The notes beneath the pieces were generated by a model that saw nothing but the letters and a program-made list of their open reading frames with translations, was not told the DNA's origin and did not search any database. Positions 38,243-47,767 of a DNA stretch of 64,000 nucleotides are shown here, piece by piece; position 1 is the stretch's first letter, and every line of letters starts with the position of its first letter. Origin of the DNA: a candidate division WWE3 bacterium. Its GTDB lineage: Bacteria; Patescibacteriota; WWE3; JAPLWK01. The stretch spans positions 133,916-197,915 of the forward strand of contig JAPLWK010000010.1 of NCBI GenBank assembly GCA_026396615.1. Reading direction: 5' to 3'. A program made the position numbers and the translations under genes.

Positions 38243-39949
38243 ATGAATTATTGTACTACACCAAACCCTATTTCTAAAGATTTTGTAGAAGTGATTTCGG
38301 AGTTAGAGTCTTCACGCTTAAATGACCCCCTATTTCTAGAAAGCCTTAGCCAACCCTACTCATTGAGAGTTGCTATTTACTTAAGGGTATCCACAAAAGA
38401 CCAGGCTACAGAAGATAAAGTATCCCTAGATATTCAGGAGTCTGAATGTAATTCATATCTTAAACAATTTAGTAGTTACGTAATTGCGGGAACGTACTGC
38501 GATGGTGGAAAAAGTGGTGGGACTATGGTGGGCAGGGATGAGTTTAACAAAATGATAGCTGACGCTAAAGCGGGAAATATAGATGTTCTGCTCGCTTGGA
38601 GTACCGACAGGTTAGCAAGAAATGTAGATGAAATGACGCAACTTAGGGCAGAACTAAGAAAAATAAACGTTCAGGTTACGACTACCAAAGAGCCTGCCGA
38701 AATTATTGACCCCCGCAAACTTACGTTGGAAGGCAATGAAACAATGCAAAAAATACTAGCTTACGTTCAAGATTGGAGTGCTGAGTGTGATAAACGAAAA
38801 ATATCGGAGAGGTTTAGGATTGGGAAAATCGGAAAGGCCGAAAAAGGATTGATACCAGTCAAAACACCTTACGGGTTTAGAAAGTCAGTCAAATACATAA
38901 ATAACGACCCGAAGCAGAAAATTGAGGAAGATGTAACGGTACCAGATGAGATTTGTGTGGTGAAAGATATTTTTAACTATTACGACACCAACTCGTGGGG
39001 AATACGAAAAATTGTTGATGAACTTAATCTTAAAGGCATTAAATCACCAAAAGGAGGAATCTGGTGTTATTCTAGCGTTAAATACACTCTGCAAAATCCT
39101 ACTTACTGTGGGTTGGTTAGGTACGGCTGGCGACTAAGTAAGAGCAAAATTAGTAGAGCAAGGTTACAACAGGGCCATAAAGGAATTATTGTTAAAGGAA
39201 AGCACCAAGCTGTCATTAACCCCGAGCAGTTTAAGCGAGTGCAAGATAAACTTAAACGCAGAGCAGAACTAGGAGGTAAAGCCGTACACTCCAAAGGTTT
39301 ATTAACTGGGATCCTTAAATGTGGCAGGTGTGGTGGAAGTGCCTATTTATGCAGTTATCACCATTGGCTAGCGTACGAAAAAAATAAGAAGGACAGAACC
39401 AAGTACACGAAAGGTTCTGCCTATATGTGTGGCAATTATTCCCAGCACGGAAAGACAGTCTGCAGCCAAAGGTATATATTATCTCAAGGTAAAATTGAAG
39501 AAGCAGTAGTTAAGCAAATACGCGAGTTAGCCAACAGTAAGGAAACGCAAGAGGAGTTTATTAAGCAAATGAAGAAAAATAGGGTTAAAGATATTAAGCA
39601 GGAACTGGTAATGCTAAACAAAACGAAGGAGGATTTACTAATACGTAAGGATAGACTAAAGGCTGCGTATTTGGCTGGCACAATTCAACTAGAAGAGTAC
39701 GAACAAGATAGGAGGAAGCTGGAAGAAAGAATTAAAAATCTGGAAAACAAGTGTGCAGAAACTCAGGAGGAGCTTTTAAGGGAGGCGGACGCCGAAAGAC
39801 ACTCTAGGGACGCCATTTTAGCTCTTGCCAATTTTGACGAGATCTGGGAAAAGTCCGAATTTATGCACAAAAAAGAGCTCCTGCAGACTCTCCTCGAAAA
39901 GGTAACTATCGTAGGTGGTGTGGTGAACATCAGTTTCAGAAATTGTTAA
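38243..39949 (+). CDS. Large serine recombinase (integrase)
   Basis: YLRVST catalytic Ser, DRLAR, PYGF recombinase domain, LKCGRCG...YMC Zn ribbon, coiled coil; start may be 38204. Confidence 0.95.
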   Translation: MNYCTTPNPISKDFVEVISELESSRLNDPLFLESLSQPYSLRVAIYLRVSTKDQATEDKVSLDIQESECNSYLKQFSSYVIAGTYCDGGKSGGTMVGRDEFNKMIADAKAGNIDVLLAWSTDRLARNVDEMTQLRAELRKINVQVTTTKEPAEIIDPRKLTLEGNETMQKILAYVQDWSAECDKRKISERFRIGKIGKAEKGLIPVKTPYGFRKSVKYINNDPKQKIEEDVTVPDEICVVKDIFNYYDTNSWGIRKIVDELNLKGIKSPKGGIWCYSSVKYTLQNPTYCGLVRYGWRLSKSKISRARLQQGHKGIIVKGKHQAVINPEQFKRVQDKLKRRAELGGKAVHSKGLLTGILKCGRCGGSAYLCSYHHWLAYEKNKKDRTKYTKGSAYMCGNYSQHGKTVCSQRYILSQGKIEEAVVKQIRELANSKETQEEFIKQMKKNRVKDIKQELVMLNKTKEDLLIRKDRLKAAYLAGTIQLEEYEQDRRKLEERIKNLENKCAETQEELLREADAERHSRDAILALANFDEIWEKSEFMHKKELLQTLLEKVTIVGGVVNISFRNC

Positions 39950-40068
39950 AAAATATAGCAGACTAGAGGCTTATTAATTTATCTTCTTAAATCCCAATAT
40001 AAGCATATAAATAACCTTCAAACAGTAGTCAATTTAGCTAGTAGAAAGTCTAATATGAGCAGATACTC

Positions 40069-40539
40069 AACACCATTAGTGCTTTCATTAAAAGTATGCG
40101 GGCCAGTCAACCGGACGCGGCTCTTTACTATCTCGCTCGCATGATTGATGCCGGGGAGGACCCGCTCTTCATTGCGCGGCGCATGGTCGTTTTTGCTTCG
40201 GAAGATATCGGAATGGCTAATTCGGCCGCTTTAAGTGTCGCCAACGCTGTCTTTAGGGCTTGCGAAGTTATTGGCTACCCGGAATGTCGCGAAAATCTAG
40301 CGCACGGTGTGGTTTATTTGTCATGCGCCACTAAAGATCGAGGTGCCTATGATGCTTATATGAAAGCTCTTGTGGACGTTAAAGAATTTGGTAATTTGCC
40401 AATTCCGCTGTCCGTTCGCAACGCCCCCACGCAGCTAATGAAAGATCTGGATTACGGCAAAGGCTACCAAGCTTATACTAATAAGTCGTATTTGCCGGAA
40501 AAAATAAACGATCGTCACTACTACCAAAAACCTGTTTAA
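40069..40539 (+). pseudogene. rarA: Displaced original 3' half of rarA
   Basis: NTISAFIKSMRASQPDAALYYLARM... collinear with rarA from codon 223; no 5' half. Confidence 0.9.
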
Positions 40540-41267
40540 GCGCCACGAGTGAGGTAAATAATTCCAATTCCAAGTAGAAATAATAAAAATGAAGAGACAA
40601 TATTAAGACGTGAATTATCGGTTCTAACTTCCGGGATTAAGTCTGCCGCGGCAATGTAAATAAAACCACCGGCAGCAATTGGTAAAAGATACGCAATGAT
40701 TAATGGTGACGACTGACCTAAAAAGTAGCCGCAAATTCCCCCTAAAATTGCGATCATAGAAATCCCAAAATTAGCAAGAACGGCTTTTTTACGGCCGAAG
40801 CCGGCGTGTAAAAATACTCCCACATCACCAATTTCTTTGGGAATTTCGTGAAAAATGACGGCGGTACTAATAGTGACGCCAAGGGCCGGACTTGTTATAA
40901 AAGCGGCGGCCACAATTAAGCCATCTATAAAATTGTGAACCGCTTCGCCAATTAGATTTAGAGTGCCAAAATGCTTATGGGCATCTTCCGCTTCGTTGCA
41001 GTGATGCCAGTGCAGGACTTTCTCCAGGAGTAAAAAACAGACGAATGACGCTAGAGTAACTTCAAACAAGGTCGTCACGGGAAGTCTGGCCGCCCCCTCT
41101 GGTAGCAGATCCAAAAAAGCTCCACCCATTAAAGTTCCGGCGGCTAAAGAAACTAACGAGAGTAATATTTTTGAGAGGATTTTTTGATTTATAACTAGCG
41201 TCAGCGCTCCCAGTAAGGACCCAAAACCAACGATTGATAAAGCGATAATAATATAGAAGAGTGTCAC
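40536..41267 (-). CDS. ZIP family metal transporter
   Basis: HNFIDG and HEIPKEIGD metal-site motifs; His-rich loop. Confidence 0.92.
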   Translation of the reverse strand: MTLFYIIIALSIVGFGSLLGALTLVINQKILSKILLSLVSLAAGTLMGGAFLDLLPEGAARLPVTTLFEVTLASFVCFLLLEKVLHWHHCNEAEDAHKHFGTLNLIGEAVHNFIDGLIVAAAFITSPALGVTISTAVIFHEIPKEIGDVGVFLHAGFGRKKAVLANFGISMIAILGGICGYFLGQSSPLIIAYLLPIAAGGFIYIAAADLIPEVRTDNSRLNIVSSFLLFLLGIGIIYLTRGA

Positions 41268-41283
41268 GAGGCCATTTTACACT

Positions 41284-41715
41284 TTAAACGATGTTTCGAC
41301 CATCGTATTCTTTAAACCAGCTATCAATTGGGTTTTGATCTTCAGGGAAACCGTTGTAGTTTACCAATATCTCTGATTCTTTTGCGATATCTGTAACCGC
41401 GACATAAACCAAAAGTTCGTTAGTGTAATCAAAAACATATTCTGCGTTAGGTTGATAGGAGTGGTTGTATAGCATGGCGTAACCAAGAGGCAGGCACCAG
41501 TTGTTATCGTCCCAATCGTAATAATAATTGTCGATGATGTTTCCAGACGGTCGAGATTCAAGCTTCTTTCTTTCATCTTCGTATTTAATAAGTATCAAAG
41601 GACATTTTTCTATAACTTCACCCTTTTTAATATCACTGGACGCAAACATTCCTCGGCACTTTAAAGTTTCCGACCAACCAACATAAACCGGCCATTTGGG
41701 GTAAATACTATTCAT
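41284..41715 (-). CDS. SET domain protein
   Basis: RGMFASSDIKKGEVIE, YNHSYQPNA, EILVNY. Confidence 0.9.
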   Translation of the reverse strand: MNSIYPKWPVYVGWSETLKCRGMFASSDIKKGEVIEKCPLILIKYEDERKKLESRPSGNIIDNYYYDWDDNNWCLPLGYAMLYNHSYQPNAEYVFDYTNELLVYVAVTDIAKESEILVNYNGFPEDQNPIDSWFKEYDGRNIV

Positions 41716-41845
41716 AAATCATGTGCTCAAACCACCGCTCTTGAAATTTCACCGCTTTTTCAATCTCCTCATTTTGCATTGTAGTTCCTTCTACAGTCTT
41801 CCCAAGAAATGTTTTTGCAAGCTTTAAGGATTCAGATTCATTCAT
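41708..41845 (-). pseudogene. Internally deleted relic of an inorganic pyrophosphatase-like protein
   Basis: KTFLGKTVE fused directly to EEIEKAVKFQERWF, resembling the N- and C-termini of that family; core missing. Confidence 0.5.
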
Positions 41846-41970
41846 ATTAAAATAAAACTCCTCTTTCGTAATGTAAAAATTTACTAAACTAGTGGAATTA
41901 TATAACAAATGATTGGTATTTAAAGGGTTTTATAACTATGTTTCAAACTAGCTTTCGAAAGTAATTTATC

Positions 41971-42045
41971 TGGCTGGGGAGCTTGGAGTCGAACCAAGAA
42001 TACCCACCTCCAAAGGGTGGTGTCCTACCATTAGACGACTCCCCA
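41971..42045 (-). tRNA. tRNA-Gln(TTG)
   Basis: Reverse complement TGGGGAG...CCACC-CTTTGGA-GGTGG...GGTTCGACTCC...GCCA. Confidence 0.95.
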
Positions 42046-42091
42046 AAACGTCGCCGCATGTGCATTATACCCATTTAAATCTAATTCCGCT

Positions 42092-42119
42092 TTGACATTC
42101 GTACTTTATTCGGTAATAT
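42092..42119 (+). promoter_or_regulatory. dinB operon promoter with putative LexA box TTCGT-N6-TTCGG
   Basis: TTGACA 42092, TTCGT 42098, TTCGG 42109, TAATAT 42114. Confidence 0.75.
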
Positions 42120-42125
42120 TAAAAC

Positions 42126-42386
42126 ATGAATCAACGTCTTAGTTTACCGGTTTCGGTAATTTCTATTTTCGATCATAAGACGCGTTTAGTAAAGCCGTTG
42201 CGGGTTTTATTTGAGGGTAGGGCTTATGAAATCGTAAAAATTGGTTATCACCACACCTACCGAACAGGCCGCGTCCTTTACCATATCTTCTCTGTCGCCA
42301 GCGATAATTTATTCTTTAGATTAAATTTAGATACCGAAAGTCTTTTTTGGACTTTGGAGGAAGTGAGCGATGGAGAATCCAATTAA
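42126..42386 (+). CDS. Small beta-rich protein coupled to dinB (DUF6504-like)
   Basis: P..V.FEGRAYEI...F.V...FRL......WTL pattern; overlaps the dinB start. Confidence 0.7.
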   Translation: MNQRLSLPVSVISIFDHKTRLVKPLRVLFEGRAYEIVKIGYHHTYRTGRVLYHIFSVASDNLFFRLNLDTESLFWTLEEVSDGESN

Positions 42387-43616
42387 TTTGCCTTTTAATC
42401 CAAATGATCCCACGATATTACATCTGGATTTAAATTCCTGTTTTGCTTCTATTGAGCAGCAGGCCAACCCTTTATTACGCGGTCGTCCGGTGGCTGTAGC
42501 CGCCTATGTGTCGCCGCGTGGCTGTATCCTCGCCGCTTCTTATGAAGCAAAAAAACTGGGGGTAAAAACCGGAATGCGCGTTCAGGACGGCAAAATGCTC
42601 TGCAAAGATTTAGTGGTACTGCCGCCGGACGCCAATAAATATCGGGCTGTCCATTTAAAGATGCGGCAGCTTTTAAACTCTTACACTAATTTAGTGACCC
42701 CAAAGTCAATCGATGAGTTTGTATTAGATTTGGCCGGATCACCATCTTTAAAGCTGGGAATGGCGGAGACGGCTTTGAATATTAAACGTCGTATTAAAGA
42801 GGAAGTAGGGGATTACTTGCGGGTTTCTGTTGGAATTGCTCCCAATCGGTATTTGGCTAAAGTGGCTTCTTCCTACCAAAAGCCCGACGGTTTAACGGTT
42901 ATAAACAACTCTAACTATGCCGCCATTTACGATTCCCTTAAGCTTACTGATTTATGCGGTATTAAAGAGGCGAATGCGGCCAGACTTAACGAAGGTGGTG
43001 TGTATACCGTCACCCAAATGTATGCAGCTTCCGCGGCGACTCTAAAGTTAGCCTTTCATTCTGTTTGCGGCTACCAGTGGTATTTGCGTCTGCATGGCTA
43101 CGAAATTGATGACGTTCTTTTTGCCCGTAGTAGTTACGGCAACTCTTATGCGCTTCCCGATAAGCGGGACTGTCGCGGGTGCTCCTCAAGTTAGTTGAAA
43201 AGACGGGCTCTCGGATGCGATCTGCCGGTTATAAAGCGCGAGGTGTTCACGTTGGTCTTTTATATAGAGATGGCAGTTATTGGCACCACGGTCAAGTAAC
43301 GCACTCTTTGCTTTTTGATTCTCGCGATATTTACAAGGAAGCTCTTCATATTTTACGGCATTCGCCTTGCGTAAAAGCGGTCCATAATTTAGCGGTATCC
43401 TGTTTTAATCTAGAAAAAGAAACCAATCAGCAATTATCACTAGTTGAAAATTTGGATCGTAAAGAACGGCTGGTCTCAGCGATGGATGCGATTAATAAAC
43501 GCTACGGTAGCTTTGTGATTACTCCGGCTTTGATGCTGGGAACCGAAAAAAACGTTCCCGACCGGGTGGCGTTTGGTGGGATCAAAGAGTTAGAGGAGGT
43601 ATTAATTGATCGTTGA
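42370..43616 (+). pseudogene. dinB: DNA polymerase IV / Y-family polymerase, frameshifted near 43165-43170
   Basis: LHLDLNSCFAS, SYEAK, SIDE in frame 42370; little-finger region continues in frame 43179. Confidence 0.8.
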
Positions 43617-43641
43617 GGACGGGGCATGCCCCGTCCTCAAC
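43612..43641. repeat. GTTG/GTAG-type REP palindrome
   Basis: gttgaggacggggcatgccccgtcctcaac perfect palindrome; relatives at 51750, 51810, 56800. Confidence 0.85.
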
Positions 43642-43666
43642 CGATATAATGTACAATACAACTTTA

Positions 43667-44617
43667 ATGACTAATTTCTGGCAAAGACTTCCCAAACCTT
43701 TCACAGTTCTCGCCCCTATGGATGGGGTGACTGACGTGGCCTTTCGGGAAGTCTTATTCCGGGCAGCAAGGCCGGACGTTTTCTTTACTGAATTTACCAG
43801 CTCCGAAGGTCTGCTTTCTCGCGGTCGTGAGCGACTGCTGCGTAACTTCGTTTTTAACAAGGCGGAACATCCGATCGTGGCTCAGATCTGGGGCAGTACA
43901 CCGGCCGCCTTTACTGAAGCCGCGCGAACGGTCAAAGATCTAGGCTTTGATGGGGTTGACATCAACATGGGATGTCCAGTGCGGGGCGTAATTGCGCATC
44001 ATAGCTGTTCCTACCTCATCACTGACGAAAAATTAACAGCCGATATCGTTGCGGCGACCAAAGAAGGAGCTGGCGATATGCCAGTTAGCGTTAAAACTAG
44101 AATCGGTTTTAATAAAATTGACACTGAACGCTGGTTTAGCTTTCTGCTTGGTCAGAATTTAGCCGCTATTACGGTGCATGGCCGGGTCGCTTCGCAGCTT
44201 TCTAAATATCCGGCTAATTGGGAAGAAATAGGTAAAGTGGCTAAACTTCGTGACGAGTTAAGTCTCAGCACTATTATAGTGGGTAATGGTGACGTTAAAA
44301 GTTACGCTGATGTGGTCAAGCGGTCAGAAGAGACAGGGGTTGACGGCGTTATGATTGGTAGGGGAGTGTTTGAGAATTTGTGGTGTTTTGAGAAGCCTCT
44401 TGATTCGGTCGAACACACTGAAGGCGAGAAGATCGAAATGTTTAGATATCACATTGCAAATTATCAAGAATATTTTGGAGAGACCCGTGATTTTAATATG
44501 CTCAAGAAATTCACCAAAGTCTATATAAACGGCTTCCCGGGTGCTTCAGAATTAAGGCAAAAACTGATGGAAACTCAATCATTAGCAGAATTAACAGAGA
44601 TTTTAAGGAAAGCTTAA
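43667..44617 (+). CDS. dus: tRNA-dihydrouridine synthase
   Basis: LAPMDGVTD, DINMGCP, VSVKTRIG, VHGR, GNGD, GVMIGRG. Confidence 0.93.
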   Translation: MTNFWQRLPKPFTVLAPMDGVTDVAFREVLFRAARPDVFFTEFTSSEGLLSRGRERLLRNFVFNKAEHPIVAQIWGSTPAAFTEAARTVKDLGFDGVDINMGCPVRGVIAHHSCSYLITDEKLTADIVAATKEGAGDMPVSVKTRIGFNKIDTERWFSFLLGQNLAAITVHGRVASQLSKYPANWEEIGKVAKLRDELSLSTIIVGNGDVKSYADVVKRSEETGVDGVMIGRGVFENLWCFEKPLDSVEHTEGEKIEMFRYHIANYQEYFGETRDFNMLKKFTKVYINGFPGASELRQKLMETQSLAELTEILRKA

Positions 44618-44747
44618 TCTTTTATATATACATGAATATAACGTGCGTTTAGTGGTAATGGTCCGTGGTTTGTACAATTTAACAATTTTTGCATAGTTTT
44701 AGCTGTTTATTGCGTAGATTTGGACAATATAGTATAAATATTAAAAT

Positions 44748-44934
44748 ATGAAGCTAGAACTTTGGAAATTTGGAAATAGTGCTTGATTTCCAGGGGGTAA
44801 TAACTCTTACACCGTCATGGGCGGACGAGTTTTTGACTAAATTAGGAGAACGTTACGGAGACAGAGTCCATCTTATAAACACTAAGAATCCGTCTATTGA
44901 AGCGACTTTAAGCCTATTAAAAAGGCTGGGCTAG
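44748..44934 (+). pseudogene. DUF4325/STAS-like protein relic with internal deletion and frameshift
   Basis: MKLELWKFG then, in another frame, EIVLDFQGVITLTPSWADEFLTKL...NPSIEATL. Confidence 0.6.
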
Positions 44935-44970
44935 AATCTTGGTAGTGAGTAGTATATAATATAGACACAT

Positions 44971-45732
44971 ATGAATATAATTGAAGTAACTGATTTAGTT
45001 AAAACTTATAAAAAATCGACTACAAATGCCGTTGATCACATTTCTTTTAACGTCGCGGAAGGGGAGTTCTTTTCTTTTTTGGGCCCTAATGGCGCTGGTA
45101 AAACGACTACAATTTCCATTCTAACCACAATCTTGGCTATGACCTCAGGTTCCGTTAAAATATCCGGTCACGACATCGATAAAGACGCTTCGTTTGTACG
45201 GTCGCAAATCGGAGTGATCTTCCAAAAACCCAGTCTTGACTTGAATTTAACCGGTGAAGAAAACATTCGCTTTCATACGATTCTTTATAAAATGTACTCT
45301 TTTCGTCCTTCGTTTAAGCTAATGCCAAAAGAATATCAGGATAAAGTTTTAGAATTGTCGGAACTGATGGGCTTAAAATCGGAAATATTTAAACCGGTAA
45401 AAACCTTTTCTGGAGGCATGAAGCGAAAACTGGAAATTATGCGGACTTTGATGCATAAGCCAAAAGTATTATTTTTAGACGAGCCTACAAGCGGTCTTGA
45501 CCCTTTGAGTCGTCGCAATCTTTGGGAATATTTAAAGGATGTTCGTAAAAAAGAAAACATGACGATCTTTTTAACTACTCACTATTTAGAAGAAGCGGAG
45601 GACTCTGATCGAGTGGCGATAATTAATCATGGAAAAATTGTTATGAACGACAGTACCAAAAACATTTTGCTCGATAACACACAATCTTTGGAAGATGTGT
45701 ATTTGGATATAATAAAGGAGAATGATGCATGA
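44971..45732 (+). CDS. ABC-2 exporter ATP-binding protein (DrrA-like)
   Basis: GPNGAGKTT, FSGGMKR, LDEPT, TTHY. Confidence 0.93.
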   Translation: MNIIEVTDLVKTYKKSTTNAVDHISFNVAEGEFFSFLGPNGAGKTTTISILTTILAMTSGSVKISGHDIDKDASFVRSQIGVIFQKPSLDLNLTGEENIRFHTILYKMYSFRPSFKLMPKEYQDKVLELSELMGLKSEIFKPVKTFSGGMKRKLEIMRTLMHKPKVLFLDEPTSGLDPLSRRNLWEYLKDVRKKENMTIFLTTHYLEEAEDSDRVAIINHGKIVMNDSTKNILLDNTQSLEDVYLDIIKENDA

Positions 45733-46504
45733 ATTAAGCCCAATTTTAGTAATCGCTTATCGTGATTTAATGAAGTTTCTACGCGATCGGCAACGAATCG
45801 TGTTTTCTTTAGTTTTTCCTTTGGTCTTTATTGCGGTTCTTGGTGGCAGTATTAACTCAAATCTTGCTCAAAACGTTGGTTATAATTATTTAACCTTTAT
45901 TTTCATTGGAGTGATCGCTCAAACTTTGTTCCAGACCACCGCTTCCGGTGTCATCTCACTAATAGAAGATCGGGAAAATGATTTTAGTCAGGAAATTTTC
46001 GTCTCCCCAATTTCTCGCTACTCTATTATCATCGGCAAAATCTTAGGAGAATCACTCGTCGCCATGGTTCAACTCATCGGAATTTTCGCAATCGGTTTTA
46101 TAATTCGAGTACCACTACAGATGTCGCATTTAATACTGCTGATACCGTTTAGCTTATTAGTATGCCTCTTTGGCGGGGCCTTTGGGATTTTAATTTTATC
46201 TAATTTAGGTAGTCAGCGCTCAGCTAATCAGATTTTTCCTTTTATAATGTTCCCGCAATTTTTCCTGGCCGGTGTTTTTACGCCTATTAAAACTTTACCA
46301 ATCTACCTGTTAATTTTGTCACGCATTGCCCCAATGACTTACGCCGTTGACCTCCTGCGCAGCATTTACTATTCAGGGCTCCCGGAAATTAATAAAGTGG
46401 TGTTGCACCCTTTTATTCTTAATTTGGGGGTTATCCTGGCTTTTACAGTTATCTTCATTTCGATCGGTACTTTCTTGTTTGTAAAAAACGAAAAGAATAG
46501 ATAA
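45722..46504 (+). CDS. ABC-2 type permease
   Basis: Six-TM pattern, FLAGVFTPI, PMTYAVD. Confidence 0.9.
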   Translation: MMHELSPILVIAYRDLMKFLRDRQRIVFSLVFPLVFIAVLGGSINSNLAQNVGYNYLTFIFIGVIAQTLFQTTASGVISLIEDRENDFSQEIFVSPISRYSIIIGKILGESLVAMVQLIGIFAIGFIIRVPLQMSHLILLIPFSLLVCLFGGAFGILILSNLGSQRSANQIFPFIMFPQFFLAGVFTPIKTLPIYLLILSRIAPMTYAVDLLRSIYYSGLPEINKVVLHPFILNLGVILAFTVIFISIGTFLFVKNEKNR

Positions 46505-46549
46505 TAATCTATCAGCTAAATTTCAGCGTAGTCTCATATATTAAATTAT

Positions 46550-47023
46550 ATGAAAAAAATACTCCTATCTGTCGTCGTCGTCTCCGCCTTTATTTTTTAT
46601 AGCTTAACTCAACAGGGAAACTCCGCGACTGTTCCTGTCATCGCTACTGTTCCTACTACAACACCGCAAGCACCAGTGATGGCCCCGCCAACTACGCCTG
46701 CAGTGATTGCACCACCAGCCAGGCCGCCAATGATGTCTAAATATAAAGATGGCACTTTTATCGGTTCCGTGGCCGATGCTTACTACGGTAATATTCAGGT
46801 GGCAGCAGTAATTAAAAACGGTAAGTTAACCGCGGTCAATTTTTTGCAGTATCCCAGTGATCGTTCCCGCTCGATCGAAATTAATAAACACGCGATGCCG
46901 CTACTATCGCAAGAAGCAATTAGCGCTCAAAGTAATCAGGTTGATGGCGTTTCCGGAGCCTCTGATTCCAGTGCCGCCTTTGTGCAATCCCTTGGCGATG
47001 CATTAGCATCCGCCTTAAATTAA
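46550..47023 (+). CDS. Extracytoplasmic FMN-binding (flavinylated) protein
   Basis: Signal/TM, KYKDGTF, VDGVSGAS flavinylation motif. Confidence 0.9.
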   Translation: MKKILLSVVVVSAFIFYSLTQQGNSATVPVIATVPTTTPQAPVMAPPTTPAVIAPPARPPMMSKYKDGTFIGSVADAYYGNIQVAAVIKNGKLTAVNFLQYPSDRSRSIEINKHAMPLLSQEAISAQSNQVDGVSGASDSSAAFVQSLGDALASALN

Positions 47024-47026
47024 TTT

Positions 47027-47767
47027 ATGCAGGAAAAACGTGTCATGTGGGACATGCCAATCACTGTTGAAGTCTTGGACACTAGGGTTGGCCTTCACGA
47101 TCTAAATAAAGTTTACGACTATTTTAAATATGTTGACGACACCTTTAGCACATTTAATAAAAATAGTGAGATTGAGCGGATTAATCGCGGAGAATTAAGT
47201 CTGGCCGACGCGTCACGCGATGTCAAAGAAGTTTTAAAACTATGCGACCAAACAAAAGAGGATTCACACGGATATTATGATATCAATCGCAGCGGTCGCC
47301 TAGAACCTTTAGGACTAGTTAAAGGCTGGGCTATATTTAAGGCGTCACAGATTCTTGACGGGCTGGGCTTTACTAATTATTACGTCGAAGCCGGCGGCGA
47401 CATTCAAGTCAAAGGGCCGGGGCATCAATGCGACGGTTGGCATATTGGAATTCGCAATCCGTTTAAGCATCAAGAAATAGTAAAAACTGTTAAATTAATA
47501 GAAGGTGGTGTGGCTACCTCTGGCACGTCGGCTCGCGGTCAACACATCTATAATCCATTTAAACCCGGTCAGCCAATTCTGGAAATCGCTAGCCTAACGG
47601 TCATTGGACCAAATATTTACGAGGCGGATCGAATGGCGACGCCAGCTTTTGCGATGGGCACAGAGGGCATTAATTTTATTGAGGCTCTGCCAGGTCTGGA
47701 AGGCTATTTGATAGATAAAGACGGCCTTGCTACATATACCAGTGGTTTTACTAATTATGTGGTCTAA
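47027..47767 (+). CDS. apbE: FAD:protein FMN transferase
   Basis: GLVKGWA, EAGGDI, VATSG, GQHIYNP, ADRMAT. Confidence 0.9.
   Translation: MQEKRVMWDMPITVEVLDTRVGLHDLNKVYDYFKYVDDTFSTFNKNSEIERINRGELSLADASRDVKEVLKLCDQTKEDSHGYYDINRSGRLEPLGLVKGWAIFKASQILDGLGFTNYYVEAGGDIQVKGPGHQCDGWHIGIRNPFKHQEIVKTVKLIEGGVATSGTSARGQHIYNPFKPGQPILEIASLTVIGPNIYEADRMATPAFAMGTEGINFIEALPGLEGYLIDKDGLATYTSGFTNYVV

Larger units (their letters stand above)
30993..40073. mobile_element. ~9.1 kb serine-recombinase integrative element inserted in rarA
   Basis: rarA 3' half present twice, shared CAACAC core at 30993 and 40068, terminal large serine recombinase, visibly different codon usage. Confidence 0.9.

Noticed and set aside
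40096-40539. Independent second rarA gene
   Set aside because: It lacks the AAA+ domain and begins exactly at the att core, so it is the displaced host 3' half.
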